Origin: Schmidtea nova
Lineage: Eukaryota
Direction of reading: 5' to 3'
DNA length: 64,000 nt
Assembly (NCBI GenBank): GCA_044892505.1
Contig: CM097882.1
Coordinates: 431,086,001-431,150,000 of the forward strand
In this document: positions 36,201 to 47,093 of the stretch, in pieces
How the letters are laid out: every line of letters starts with the position of its first letter
How positions within the stretch are numbered: position 1 is the first letter of the stretch
Made by a program: the position numbers and the translations under genes
Notes under the pieces: generated by a model
What the model was told of the DNA's origin: nothing
The model's database searches: none
What the model saw: the letters and a program-made list of their open reading frames with translations, nothing else

Positions 36201-36511
36201 TCCATAGACTGTGCTTTTATTAGAAACGGAAGATAAAACGAAAATATTTAATGTATAAAAATTTATGTATTAAAATATTATTGTATTAAAATTTACAATA
36301 ATTCCGATAAATTAAAATTGCTTCATATTCCAGTCTATTGTTTCATAGATCAGTGTTTCCCAACCTGGGCGATTCGAAATTTTAGGTGGGCGATGTTTTT
36401 GCCATGTTTGTTTTGCATGTGTCAACTTTTTTGCCACTGCTTGCCTTAAAATTTTGTTATTTCTGTATCATTCTAAATTCTAGAATCTAGTGATAATTTA
36501 TGTATGTATGA

Positions 36512-36514
<3 letters not shown>

Positions 36515-36585
<71 letters not shown>
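36515..36585. repeat. (TA)n microsatellite
   Basis: Direct observation. Confidence 0.95.
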
Positions 36586-36619
36586 CAGAGACACACACAA
36601 ACAAGTCCTATAAATGACC

Positions 36620-37530
36620 TACCTCTATAAATACTTTTGACACCAATTTGTCAATCTTTATAGTATAACAATATGTGACGCACACACATCATCTTACATG
36701 TAGTTACATTCTCTACGGTATAAATACGGCAAGATTTATCAAAGGTACCATAATGATGCTGACAGTTAGAGGGCCCACAGTCAACCCAGTAAGCCACATC
36801 ATCAGCGGAAAAGTCAATCCACAGTCCTGGATCTATTGCTTGATTAATTTTATTATTTTCATCTTTATCATCATCTTCAGCTTCAGCAGACTGAAGTGGG
36901 TTACACTTACAACAAATTTCATTATCAAGCTCTATTGCAGTGTCTGGATTTGCAGAACAGCCTATAGTAGACCTATCAAGAAGGCCGATGGTGTCAGTAA
37001 AATCCTGTTTTTCCTGTTGCTTATCTAAAACTAAATAATTTGTTAATTTTCTGCTCGAAGCTTTCACAACAGAAATAGTGTGCTGTTTCTCTCTAGCTAG
37101 TTTTCTCTTTTGTGTACCAATTAACTGAACACGTTTCATTTTGGGGTCTGAAATTGAAAAAAGTATGTGAAAAGATGTAAATAAAAATGAATAAATGATA
37201 AAACCATTTAAATTAAAACAAAATTTTATGATTCATTATTTATAATTATAACAAGTTTATAGTAAAGATTTTCTACTACCATTACCATTTACCAGGAGTT
37301 TTTTAAATTTTTTATGCGCTTAATTTTTAAGGATTCAAGATTGTACCAAACTAGAATGTGAATTTTTATTATAATGTATATCTTCATTTTCATAGCGCTT
37401 GTTCAATTTTCAGTTGTTTCTGGACTTAAATTTGTTCAAAAATAATTTCTTGAGGACTTTGTAGTGCCCCCAAAGGCTTGGTGCGCAAGGCACGTGCCTT
37501 TTTTGCCTGATGGTTAGTCCAGGCCTGTCT
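36620..37530 (-). pseudogene. 5' end of a ZMYM1-like hAT element
   Basis: GC-rich terminus CAGGCCTGGACTAACC...AGGCACGTGCC; ORF 36651-37139 MKRVQLIGTQKRK...DPGLW...GPSNCQH...FDKSCRIY resembles hAT/TTF-type N-termini. Confidence 0.5.
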
Positions 37531-37728
37531 CTACCCCAGTGTTTCCCAACCTGGGTGATTTGAATTCTTAGCAATTGGAAATGGACGATAAAGTTTAGAT
37601 GAAATAACAAACTCCCTTTAAATTTTAATGATAAGAAAAAACTATAAATTTTTATTTTTCACTTTTAGAAATAATCTTTAACTAAAAAAGTGATTTGTTT
37701 TACTTATTACAATTTTATCGAGTTCCCT

Positions 37729-38634
37729 TTATGAGGAAGGACCATCAATTATTATTTCAAATTGACTTTTAAGGTCCCCATATTTTGCATAATTATAGCG
37801 AAGAATATTTCCCAATTGACATTGCAAAAATATTATGGCGCATTGTTGCACTGCCATATGAATTGCCACAAACGGCTTTTTATAGCCGACCTGTTGAACG
37901 AACGGGTAATAAATGTTCGAAAAGTAACCAAGTCCGTTTCTTTGAGGATAATAGGATAGGTTAAAAATATTTTCCTTATCCGCTGCAAAAACTCCAGTAC
38001 AAGATAAAGTGATGCCTGGAAGCTTTTCATTGATAAGATTTGGGATAAATCCGTAAACATCGTTAATTGTAAGAAACAGACACAATTCCCCATTGGACTT
38101 CAGCGTTAGTGGGTTTGCGCATGGCCCGAAATCGGTAATATTAAACGGGCAAACGTAATCTATAACGTTGGGAATTTTTGTATCTTTACTAGCATCACAT
38201 GTTGCTACCTTAGCAAGTTTGCTTATTTCTGTAATAGAATTCATCAGCTTGTCGATGTACAGTTTATAGTTCACTGTAATTGCCGATGAATGCGAGGTGA
38301 ATTTTAACAAAAAACTAGTATTGTCCATGACGGGTAGAACTTGAATTCCAGGAGTGAGTCGAAGAAGGTTTGACTCACCCGTTAGGAAGGGATATTTGGT
38401 CCAGGTCATTGCCAAATATGCCGACATCAATGCTACTAATGCAAGCAAAAGTAAGATATAAAACAAAATGTAAAACGCAATGATCTTCAGCCAACTTAAC
38501 GGGGTTCTTCCAAGAATTTCCTTGGTTTTGTTGTTGTACAAAGTTTGAGAGAAATTATCAAAATGTTTCCGCACTCTGTGCAATCTTGGAAGAGTTTCTT
38601 CTCTGCTAGTTACTGATAAAGCATCTGTTGACAT
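37729..38634 (-). CDS. ATP1B: Na+/K+-transporting (P2C-type) ATPase beta subunit, intronless
   Basis: LYNNKTKEILGRTPLSWLKIIAFYILFY (hallmark N-terminal/TM motif), TPGIQVLP, Cys pairs, YYPF and KPFVAI in the ectodomain; 301 aa from ATG 38634. Confidence 0.93.
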   Translation of the reverse strand: MSTDALSVTSREETLPRLHRVRKHFDNFSQTLYNNKTKEILGRTPLSWLKIIAFYILFYILLLLALVALMSAYLAMTWTKYPFLTGESNLLRLTPGIQVLPVMDNTSFLLKFTSHSSAITVNYKLYIDKLMNSITEISKLAKVATCDASKDTKIPNVIDYVCPFNITDFGPCANPLTLKSNGELCLFLTINDVYGFIPNLINEKLPGITLSCTGVFAADKENIFNLSYYPQRNGLGYFSNIYYPFVQQVGYKKPFVAIHMAVQQCAIIFLQCQLGNILRYNYAKYGDLKSQFEIIIDGPSS

Positions 38635-39229
38635 TCTCAAAAATAAATTATTTAATAAATATAATATTAATATATTTATTATATTTAATTTATTAATTTA
38701 TTGTTTTCTAATTATTAATTTAACGAATCTAAAAATGAATAACTGTACATATTAAATATTTTATGCATAATTTATTTAGATTTATCAAAGGGAGGCGGAC
38801 AACGCTTGGATCTCACGGAATTGACTCAGTAATACAAAATAAATGAATATATAAATTTTATAGAAAACCTACGGGTACTATTCTTTATATATCTCCAGAA
38901 AGGGTTTGTGAGTTTAACACGTTGCTTGTCGCACGAATATTACGTGACTTGCCCAAGGCGCCAGCGCGGAATTTTACTGCATATTATGTTGAAATATGAT
39001 TTACGGCAGATAAGGTTAGTTGTATAAACGTCTTTTATGCATTTTTCTTGGTGGGTCATCGGTGACTCTGAAGACGTTGCAGACCATTTTTATGATTATC
39101 AATTGTTCCAAACTGTTAACCTTTAGTTGCTAAGCAGCTACTATCATTTTGTTGGAGGAATTTAAAAATTATAAAAGGAAGATATGAAAGTAATTGAGTG
39201 GTTTAAACTTTAGAATTGTCTCCAATCCG

Positions 39230-39540
39230 TACAAAGTAAGTAGTGTTTGTTAATAACTCGGAAACCTCTGTTGGATTGTGTTCAAACTTTGTTTATCAAT
39301 TTAGTTGTAATGGGTGTAATGTTACATACATTTAAGAGACTGTCGTCTTCTCTACTCGAGTTCTTGAACATGGTCGATCGAGGGAGCGTTCGATAATAGT
39401 TATCACAATAAAGACTGTAACAGAGAGATTGGCATATCTGATTTTAAAATCTTATCAAAAAAATACTCTCGGTATCCTTGAAATAAAATAGTGATTTTCA
39501 AACTATTTCGTTCACGAAGCCCTAAATCTGAAAGACAAAT
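39230..39540 (+). mobile_element. Degenerate PLE GIY-YIG fragment (second family)
   Basis: SNFVYQFSCNGCNVTYI*ET...TRVLEHGR...ISDFKILSK. Confidence 0.65.
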
Positions 39541-39789
39541 TCCCGGAATATTCCCGGATTATTTGTCATCAATTAAGTATTCCAATATGCATGAATAAAG
39601 CATATAAAAACAATGAACAGAGATCAGATTCAATATCAGAAATACTAACTCGCAAGGAATTTTCCAAAGTTTCCATGGGAAAGTATGACCTGTTCTTATT
39701 TTTTATTACATGTAATGATGATACTGTTTCGCATAAGTATGAAGTCGCAAAAAGAAATGAAGGTTACTAGGCCTTTTCTTAAATAGCCG

Positions 39790-40080
39790 AATTTCTTTGC
39801 TGTCTCCCTATCCAAAATTCTTTTTCCATTAGATTCCACTCCAAACAGATTATTTGATTTAGTAACGATCAATCTTGAGCCGCTTGAGATGAGACGGTGA
39901 TTCATGTTCTTGACACCGTCTTGGCACGTGCACCAAAAATGCCCCATGTGCACCAAAAAATATTCCGAACTTATAAAATTTCGCGGACCACGAGGAAAAC
40001 TCTTCGGATTCTCAGAGGTCTAAGGACCTGAGTTTGGAAGTAATTCTTTAGCCGGCAATGTTGTATTCGAATGCAGAGAC
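39790..40080 (+). pseudogene. Possible LINE (CR1/L2-like) RT 3' remnant
   Basis: NLEPLEMRR...YKI...FFSRQ loosely follows the L2/CR1 C-terminal pattern; weak. Confidence 0.25.
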
Positions 40081-40316
40081 GACAAGAAGTCTCTCAGTAT
40101 ATTTTATATTACACCAACCGGTATATAATATCTATTAAGAAACATACCACTAGAACTAAATAAGATCTCTAATTTTACAAACTTTCATATCACCTAATAT
40201 ACTAATAATAAACAATTGTTTGTTTACCTTTGTTGATATTTTTCACTTTGTCAGTTTCACGTGACTGACCAAATTAAATCATTTGTAAATGATTCGTATT
40301 TCATTTCATTAAAACT

Positions 40317-43300
40317 ATGAAGACCTTAAGATCTTCGATTAAAAAGAGTTTTAATTCAAAAAAACCTTCAAAAGGAAGAGAAAAAAATAATGAAATATAC
40401 GATGAAGATGAGGATGACCCTCAATCCAGTAAAAACGAAGGTGTTTTTTCTTTGAAATTGAAAAGTATTAAAGATATAAACAATAATGAAATTATTCGTT
40501 TAGAAAAGGCAAAAGAAGAAGGAACATTGAATGATATTGAAACCTTCGAGGATGCTGCATCAGTTGAAAATGAAAACAATGGAAGAAGTTTTAAAAACAA
40601 AACGTGTGGCAAACCAAGTGATTCCCCTGATTTCACTCGAGAGTCAAGTCAGGAAAAGATGTTGCTTGAATGCGTAAATGTGTATGACACCGAAACTCTA
40701 GATATATGTCCACAGAGTCTAATTGAGAGAGGTAACAAAACAAATATAAATCAGCCAAACAAAAAACAACCAATTCAATTGGATGTTATGGTGCTTTCCA
40801 AGGAAGTTTTCAAAGAAAAGAAATTAAACAATACAAAAGATAACAAGATTATTAACAAACATGTTGATGATATTTGTGATGATAAAAATGTGAACATATC
40901 AGCAGATCAAATAGAGAGATCAAAGTTTAGCCAAAATGATCAATTGAAGGTTGAGAAAACAATAGAAATCACTTCTCAAGGTCCAATGTCTCCGTTAATC
41001 AGTAAGAGCTCTAGCTACACAAAAAACGAACCAACTTTGGATAAACCGAAAGATGTACAATCCGAGAACGACTTGTTAGATATCAAATCAAATGACAATG
41101 GTGAAGAAATGTATGCCGATGAGTACCAAGAAAATCAAACGGAGGATGTTCGTGTTGACGATGAAACTATTGATAATAGTAAAGTCGACAGTGATCAGAT
41201 TTCAGAGAATTCTTCCCATTCTGCTGTTCATGACAATCATTTAAAAGAAAATGAACAAAATCAAAGAAATAATTTAAACAAAGATTTAGAATATTTACAG
41301 AAGAAAATTCCAAATTTCAAATCTAAATTAAAGAATCAACTAAAGAATTTACAGAATCAGTCGAAGGAACAAGCCAAAAGTACTCGATTCGATGACAACA
41401 CGAGGAAAGTAACTGTAAACAATATTTCTCAAGCCTTACCTGAGAGTGATGATATCTATGATGAGGATGAAAATAACATTGATGATAATAAGAAAAACGA
41501 CCATGAAGAGGTTTATGATGATGATGGGGGTGGTGATGATGAAAATAGCTCCATTAATAATACTGACCAATTATCAGCAGCAAGTTTACAAAAGGATATT
41601 CAAATCAATCATTCCAATGAAGATTCTCAGCTTCAGTGTCTATCTTCAAAGAAAGGGAAATGTTCTTTCAAATTTGGCTCATTGTCTCCAATTTTAAACA
41701 AAAATTTACAGAATTTGCAGAAGAAAACCAAAGACTTCAAATCAAGTATTAAGAATCAGGTTAAGAACATACACCATCAGTGTAAGATAAACAATAATAA
41801 TAATACGCCATTTGAATGTGACGAGGTATATGAGGCAGAAATGGACAAGGAACCTCAAAGTCTTCCTGAGAAAGATGATATTTATGACGACGATGAAGAT
41901 AATATTATCGTGAACCTCAAGGATCTTAATAGTCATGACAATGAAGAGGTTTATGATGATGATGATAATAATCTAAATACTAGAGATCAAACGTTAGAAA
42001 CCATTTCGTCAAAAAATAGTAATGACAAACAATCAGTTCAGAAATTAAAAGAAAAGAAATCTTTCAACTCAACCTTACACTTCTTCGATAAAAGGACTTC
42101 AAATATACGGTCAAATATAAAACATCAAGTAAAACAAATTCAAACCCTTTCTAATGCAATAGGGGCAAAAGCTTTATCTAGTAATAAAGCAGTTAATAAT
42201 CTTGACACAAATGATAAATCTTCAGGCAAGGAAGCTAAGAATATGTTGGAAAATGAAGAGATGTATGATGACGATGAAAATACCAACTGTAATGCTGATA
42301 TAAATAATAAAGAAATGGAAACGGCTGGTAAAGATACCGAAACCAACAAAGAATCAACAGATGTTCAAAGCAGACAACAAGTAAAAGAAATCACACTTAA
42401 AGAAGTCATAAACACAAAAGAAGTGGTTGACACTAGCAAACAGTCTAAAGGGAATAAAAACAAAACTTGGAACCTCAAAAAGAAACTTGAAAATATAAAG
42501 GTTACCTCTTCAAATAAACACGTATTAGCAAAAGAAGATGAAACCAATATGAAGAACGATGATTTGCTAGACAATGAAATAATTGATAGAAAACTGGAAT
42601 TAAATAATAATAAAGATGTCTATGACGAAGATGAAAATGAAAGTAATGTCAATGACAATGATGATAAAATATCAGAAACAATTTCAGAAAAGGAGATCCA
42701 AAGCAATCATTCAAATGAAGACGCTGAGAATCAATGTTTACCGTCGAAGAAAAAAAAATCATCTTTCAGATTAGACTCATTGTCCCCAAATTTAAACAGA
42801 AATATTCGGAATTTGCAGAAAAAAACGAAAGATCTCAAATCAAGTTTTAAAAATCAAGTAAAGAGTCTTCAATTTCAGTGCAAAGCCGATAATACTCCTA
42901 ATGATCAGGACAAGAAACATGATGAAGGTATACACAAGGAACTACAAAATAAAAAGAATCAGAGCGTTTCTAATACCGATGACATTTATGACGACGATGA
43001 AAATAATGTTATCCACGAGGACCTCGAGAATCACGATATCCATGACAATGAAGAGGTTTATGATGATGATGATCATGATGATGATCATGATGATGATCAT
43101 GATGATTATATAAATAATCAAAAAAATAATAATCAAGCAATAGAAACAATTTCGCTAAAAGATAGTAATGAAAGAATATCAAATCATAAACTAAAAGGAA
43201 AGAAATCTTTCAACTCAACCTTACACTTCTTTGAAAAGAGGACATCAAATATGAGATCAAATATCAAGCATCAAGTGAAACAAATGCAAAGTGTATGCAA

Positions 43301-46300
43301 TTCAACAATGGAAAGAACTTCATCTGTTAACGCTGAAGTAGAAAACCAGTGTAAAACAGATAACGAAAAGACATTTTCTGGAAATGACGAATTGTATGAT
43401 GAAGATTCGGAAAAAGAAATTCTTAATAAAAAAATTCCAAACTTTCCTGAGAATGAAGAGGTCTATGATGATGATCGTGAAGAAGGTTCTGATAATAAAA
43501 GTAATTTTAATGACAATGACGAAAATGGGCAAATCTCAGAAATAGGATCCACAGAAGACTGTCAAGATCCTTCGCAGTCCTCAAAGTCTTTTAGTTTGAA
43601 TTTAATTTCACCAATTCTAAATAAAAACTTCAAATTCCTACAAAAGAAAACAAACAAATTGAAATCACATTTGAAGAATCAAGTAAAAAGTCTGCAACAT
43701 CAGTGTAAGTTAAATAAAGAGAATAATACCTTTGCAAATGATGAGGTGTATGATGAAGATATGGAAAAGGAATTCCATAGTGATCAAACTCAAGCCTTAT
43801 CCGAGAAAGATGATATTTATGACGACGATGAAAATACTTCACACAATGATAACACAGAGAATAATACTGTCAACGGTCATGAAGAGGTTTCTGAAGATGA
43901 CAACAATAATAGAAATAGAAAACCTTCAATGTTTAACTTGAAAGATAAAATGAAACATTTACAAATCCTTACGAAGACAAATAAATCCCAATCGTCATTG
44001 GCAAATGAAGAAGTATTTAAGGATGACGACAAAATAGACGATACCCTTTCAAACAAAGATGCCAGTTTCGACGTTATATCTCTACAAGACACTTGTGATA
44101 ACGATAGAAGTGATATCAAGGATTCCAATTCGGAAGCAATGGAACAAGTAAGTTTAAAGTCCTTTAATAATGAGAAGAAAAGTCAGAAAAAAGAACAACT
44201 GAAATTCGCCAAAAAATCCCAATTACAAAGTATAAAATATTTTACTAACAGACGAACGTTTTTGGAAAGAATTAGCAAAAATAAAGAAAATCCAAAATCG
44301 AACATAAACGAAGAGACTTATGATGACGACGAGAATGATGTTGAAAATAATGAAACCGAGAACCAGCTGATTGAAAGGAAACTAATTCAAAAGACAGAGA
44401 AAGCGTCTCCCCAAGGTGATATGTCAAGTATGTCAAATAGTACTTTTAAAACTGAAAATTCTTTAAAGAAAGATAAGAAAGATAAAAGGTCCTTTAATTT
44501 TAATATCGAAAAGAAACTTTCAACGTTCAAAACAAGTTTAAAGGATCAAGTAAATAACTTTCACAAGGATTCAAAGCGAAAGATAGAACTACAAAGTAGC
44601 GAGCCATTCAATCTCAATGAAGAGGTATATGATGATGATGAAAATAACGAAATTCACGAAATAAAAAATGGTAAATTGTGTGAAAATGAGGACGTTTATG
44701 ATGATGACGAAAATGTTAATTGTGACTGTGACAAAACCGATCAAATCTCAACAGTGACTTCACAAAGTGATGTTACTGATAATAATTTAAACAGCGACCT
44801 CCAGAATCCTTCATCGCCTCCAACAAAAAAGAAATCTTCATCTATTTTGAATTCAATATCTCCTTTATTTGATAAAAACATTCTTTATTTAGAGAAAAAA
44901 ACCTCTAAACTCAAAGTGAAGCTGAAAGGCCAGATTAATCAGTTGAAAAATCTACCAAAGATAAAAACGAAAAATGTTCACATTGGTAATAATGAAATTT
45001 ACGATGATGATGAAGATAATAATGCTGAGAAAAGCTCATGTGATGGTGAACTTACATCAATGAAGAATGTTTCTGACCTACCAACAAATTCTGAAGATCC
45101 ATCTCAAGAAAATACAGATCGTTCATCACAGGGATCGTTGCAATCTCAACAGCAAGCATCAAGGATAGATTTAAAACTGTCACCGGGAACAAATAAAGAA
45201 AAAAAGAATATAATTGACAAAAATCTGAAATTGATGAAAGCCAAAACACGAACCATGGCTCAAAATATCAAAACGCAAATGCTTATTTTTAAAGAATCAA
45301 CACGGACTTCTAAGGGTATCCAAGGTGATCAGGACAACGTGGAAAGTAAAGAAACCGATGATATCTATGACGATGATGAAAATTGTAATGAAATAAAAGA
45401 AAAACTTGACCTTGAGATGATTTCTGAACAAGATGTCTATGATGATGATAATAATGACATAAAGGATGAAAATTCCGAAACTCATGATCAAGACGGTTTG
45501 GTATCGTCTAATGCTAAAAAGAAAGATCCGAAGGATTTTAAAAATAACTCGATGTCGCCAAAAATTTCAGAAAGCTTATCTTATATTCAAATGAAAAGGG
45601 ACAGTTTGAAGACTAATATAAAATTACAAGTTCACAACATTAAAGGCTTTACTAGAAACCAAAGTAATAAAGGAAACTTAGTGAAAATTAAAAAAAATGG
45701 AATTCGTGATCTAATTGAAGAAGTGTATGATGACGATGAAAATAGTGAAAGATCAAGGACCAGTGACGATAATGGAGCGAGCTTTCACAATAATGAATCC
45801 ACTGAGGTTTATGATAAAGATGACGACCAGATAGAAGAAAATGATGAAGAAATATTTGATGATTCTGATAGCGATCGCTCAATAGACATGAAATATATCA
45901 AGAACCAATTCAACAATTTTTCCTCCAAGTGGCAATCAAAATTGAAAAAGAAAATGGTTAAACTTAATCAAAGGTCCAAACTTTATTTCCGAAAAAATGA
46001 AAATGTTGAAAGTGAAATCTCTAAATTTCCTTATTCAGTTGATGATGTTTACGATGACGATGAAGCTGATCAAAAGCAGTCAGAATCCTTTAGTGAAGAT
46101 CAGGAAACAAAAGATTTTATTGATGAAAAAAACGAAATTAATTTAGTTCCAACAATGTCTTATTATGATAAAAGACTTGACAGTCTAATAAATTTAAAAA
46201 AGAAAATTCACAAACAATTAAGCACTTCGGCGCAATTGAAAAATAGCAAAGTGAAACCGGAAAATCCTTTGACGGAAAAAGTATCAAAAGAGTTTGACTT

Positions 46301-47093
46301 TAAAACTGATGATGAGGTTTACGATGAAGATTCAGATAACGACGATCCTAATGCAGTTTCGAGCAAAGGTCCAATTCAACGAATACAAAAAGAAGATCTG
46401 AATAGTGGAAAATCAGAAAATATGAATCCATCAATGTTTAACGAAAGGAGAAACGATAAAGAATTTAAAAAAAATATTGAATTGAAAATAGTAGAAAATT
46501 CGGCGGATTCAAATGTAGGAGATAAAATTGATAAAGGTGTTGAAAATAAAGATACACTACTTCCTTCAATTATTGCTCTTCTAATTTCTCCTGAACCCTA
46601 TGCTCAATATTTATCAAACAAGCTCCAAAAGAAAATTACAAATCCATCCAATATTATGGATAACCCAGTCCATTCCGAAAAAATACCATTAACAAATCTT
46701 ATGGAAAATTATAGCGAAACAACAAAGAAAAAATCCTCGGAAATTAAAAACGTCAAGAAAATAGAAGACTTTTCGAAATTTGGATTCTTATCCTCAATAA
46801 GTGATCATAAGTGCCAAGACGAATCAGTAAAGGTTTTACCAGTCAGGTCTCTATCTATGAATAAAGACATAACTCCGCCAAATATATCAAGTAATGAAAA
46901 TAACTGTTCAACCAAAAATCCGGTAACCGATCTCAAAATAAAGAAACCCGACATAGGTCCGCAAAGACCACCGAAATTAAATCGCTTTATTGGAAGTAAC
47001 GAATCTCAAAGTCAGTCTGACTTCAACAAGGAAGTCCCCCCAAAATCATCGCCAAGTGTTCGAGAAAGAATAAAAATGAATGAAAATTTATGA
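40317..47093 (+). CDS. 2258-aa intronless, low-complexity acidic protein with about 24 tyrosine motifs and a basic helical repeat; function unknown
   Basis: 6.8-kb uninterrupted ORF in AT-rich DNA with internal duplications at DNA and protein level; no signal peptide, TM segment or globular domain recognised. Confidence 0.9.
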   Translation: MKTLRSSIKKSFNSKKPSKGREKNNEIYDEDEDDPQSSKNEGVFSLKLKSIKDINNNEIIRLEKAKEEGTLNDIETFEDAASVENENNGRSFKNKTCGKPSDSPDFTRESSQEKMLLECVNVYDTETLDICPQSLIERGNKTNINQPNKKQPIQLDVMVLSKEVFKEKKLNNTKDNKIINKHVDDICDDKNVNISADQIERSKFSQNDQLKVEKTIEITSQGPMSPLISKSSSYTKNEPTLDKPKDVQSENDLLDIKSNDNGEEMYADEYQENQTEDVRVDDETIDNSKVDSDQISENSSHSAVHDNHLKENEQNQRNNLNKDLEYLQKKIPNFKSKLKNQLKNLQNQSKEQAKSTRFDDNTRKVTVNNISQALPESDDIYDEDENNIDDNKKNDHEEVYDDDGGGDDENSSINNTDQLSAASLQKDIQINHSNEDSQLQCLSSKKGKCSFKFGSLSPILNKNLQNLQKKTKDFKSSIKNQVKNIHHQCKINNNNNTPFECDEVYEAEMDKEPQSLPEKDDIYDDDEDNIIVNLKDLNSHDNEEVYDDDDNNLNTRDQTLETISSKNSNDKQSVQKLKEKKSFNSTLHFFDKRTSNIRSNIKHQVKQIQTLSNAIGAKALSSNKAVNNLDTNDKSSGKEAKNMLENEEMYDDDENTNCNADINNKEMETAGKDTETNKESTDVQSRQQVKEITLKEVINTKEVVDTSKQSKGNKNKTWNLKKKLENIKVTSSNKHVLAKEDETNMKNDDLLDNEIIDRKLELNNNKDVYDEDENESNVNDNDDKISETISEKEIQSNHSNEDAENQCLPSKKKKSSFRLDSLSPNLNRNIRNLQKKTKDLKSSFKNQVKSLQFQCKADNTPNDQDKKHDEGIHKELQNKKNQSVSNTDDIYDDDENNVIHEDLENHDIHDNEEVYDDDDHDDDHDDDHDDYINNQKNNNQAIETISLKDSNERISNHKLKGKKSFNSTLHFFEKRTSNMRSNIKHQVKQMQSVCNSTMERTSSVNAEVENQCKTDNEKTFSGNDELYDEDSEKEILNKKIPNFPENEEVYDDDREEGSDNKSNFNDNDENGQISEIGSTEDCQDPSQSSKSFSLNLISPILNKNFKFLQKKTNKLKSHLKNQVKSLQHQCKLNKENNTFANDEVYDEDMEKEFHSDQTQALSEKDDIYDDDENTSHNDNTENNTVNGHEEVSEDDNNNRNRKPSMFNLKDKMKHLQILTKTNKSQSSLANEEVFKDDDKIDDTLSNKDASFDVISLQDTCDNDRSDIKDSNSEAMEQVSLKSFNNEKKSQKKEQLKFAKKSQLQSIKYFTNRRTFLERISKNKENPKSNINEETYDDDENDVENNETENQLIERKLIQKTEKASPQGDMSSMSNSTFKTENSLKKDKKDKRSFNFNIEKKLSTFKTSLKDQVNNFHKDSKRKIELQSSEPFNLNEEVYDDDENNEIHEIKNGKLCENEDVYDDDENVNCDCDKTDQISTVTSQSDVTDNNLNSDLQNPSSPPTKKKSSSILNSISPLFDKNILYLEKKTSKLKVKLKGQINQLKNLPKIKTKNVHIGNNEIYDDDEDNNAEKSSCDGELTSMKNVSDLPTNSEDPSQENTDRSSQGSLQSQQQASRIDLKLSPGTNKEKKNIIDKNLKLMKAKTRTMAQNIKTQMLIFKESTRTSKGIQGDQDNVESKETDDIYDDDENCNEIKEKLDLEMISEQDVYDDDNNDIKDENSETHDQDGLVSSNAKKKDPKDFKNNSMSPKISESLSYIQMKRDSLKTNIKLQVHNIKGFTRNQSNKGNLVKIKKNGIRDLIEEVYDDDENSERSRTSDDNGASFHNNESTEVYDKDDDQIEENDEEIFDDSDSDRSIDMKYIKNQFNNFSSKWQSKLKKKMVKLNQRSKLYFRKNENVESEISKFPYSVDDVYDDDEADQKQSESFSEDQETKDFIDEKNEINLVPTMSYYDKRLDSLINLKKKIHKQLSTSAQLKNSKVKPENPLTEKVSKEFDFKTDDEVYDEDSDNDDPNAVSSKGPIQRIQKEDLNSGKSENMNPSMFNERRNDKEFKKNIELKIVENSADSNVGDKIDKGVENKDTLLPSIIALLISPEPYAQYLSNKLQKKITNPSNIMDNPVHSEKIPLTNLMENYSETTKKKSSEIKNVKKIEDFSKFGFLSSISDHKCQDESVKVLPVRSLSMNKDITPPNISSNENNCSTKNPVTDLKIKKPDIGPQRPPKLNRFIGSNESQSQSDFNKEVPPKSSPSVRERIKMNENL

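Noticed and set aside
40421-45882. Numerous small overlapping and antisense ORFs within the 2258-aa gene
   Set aside because: Shadow frames of a low-complexity, GAT/GAA-rich coding strand.
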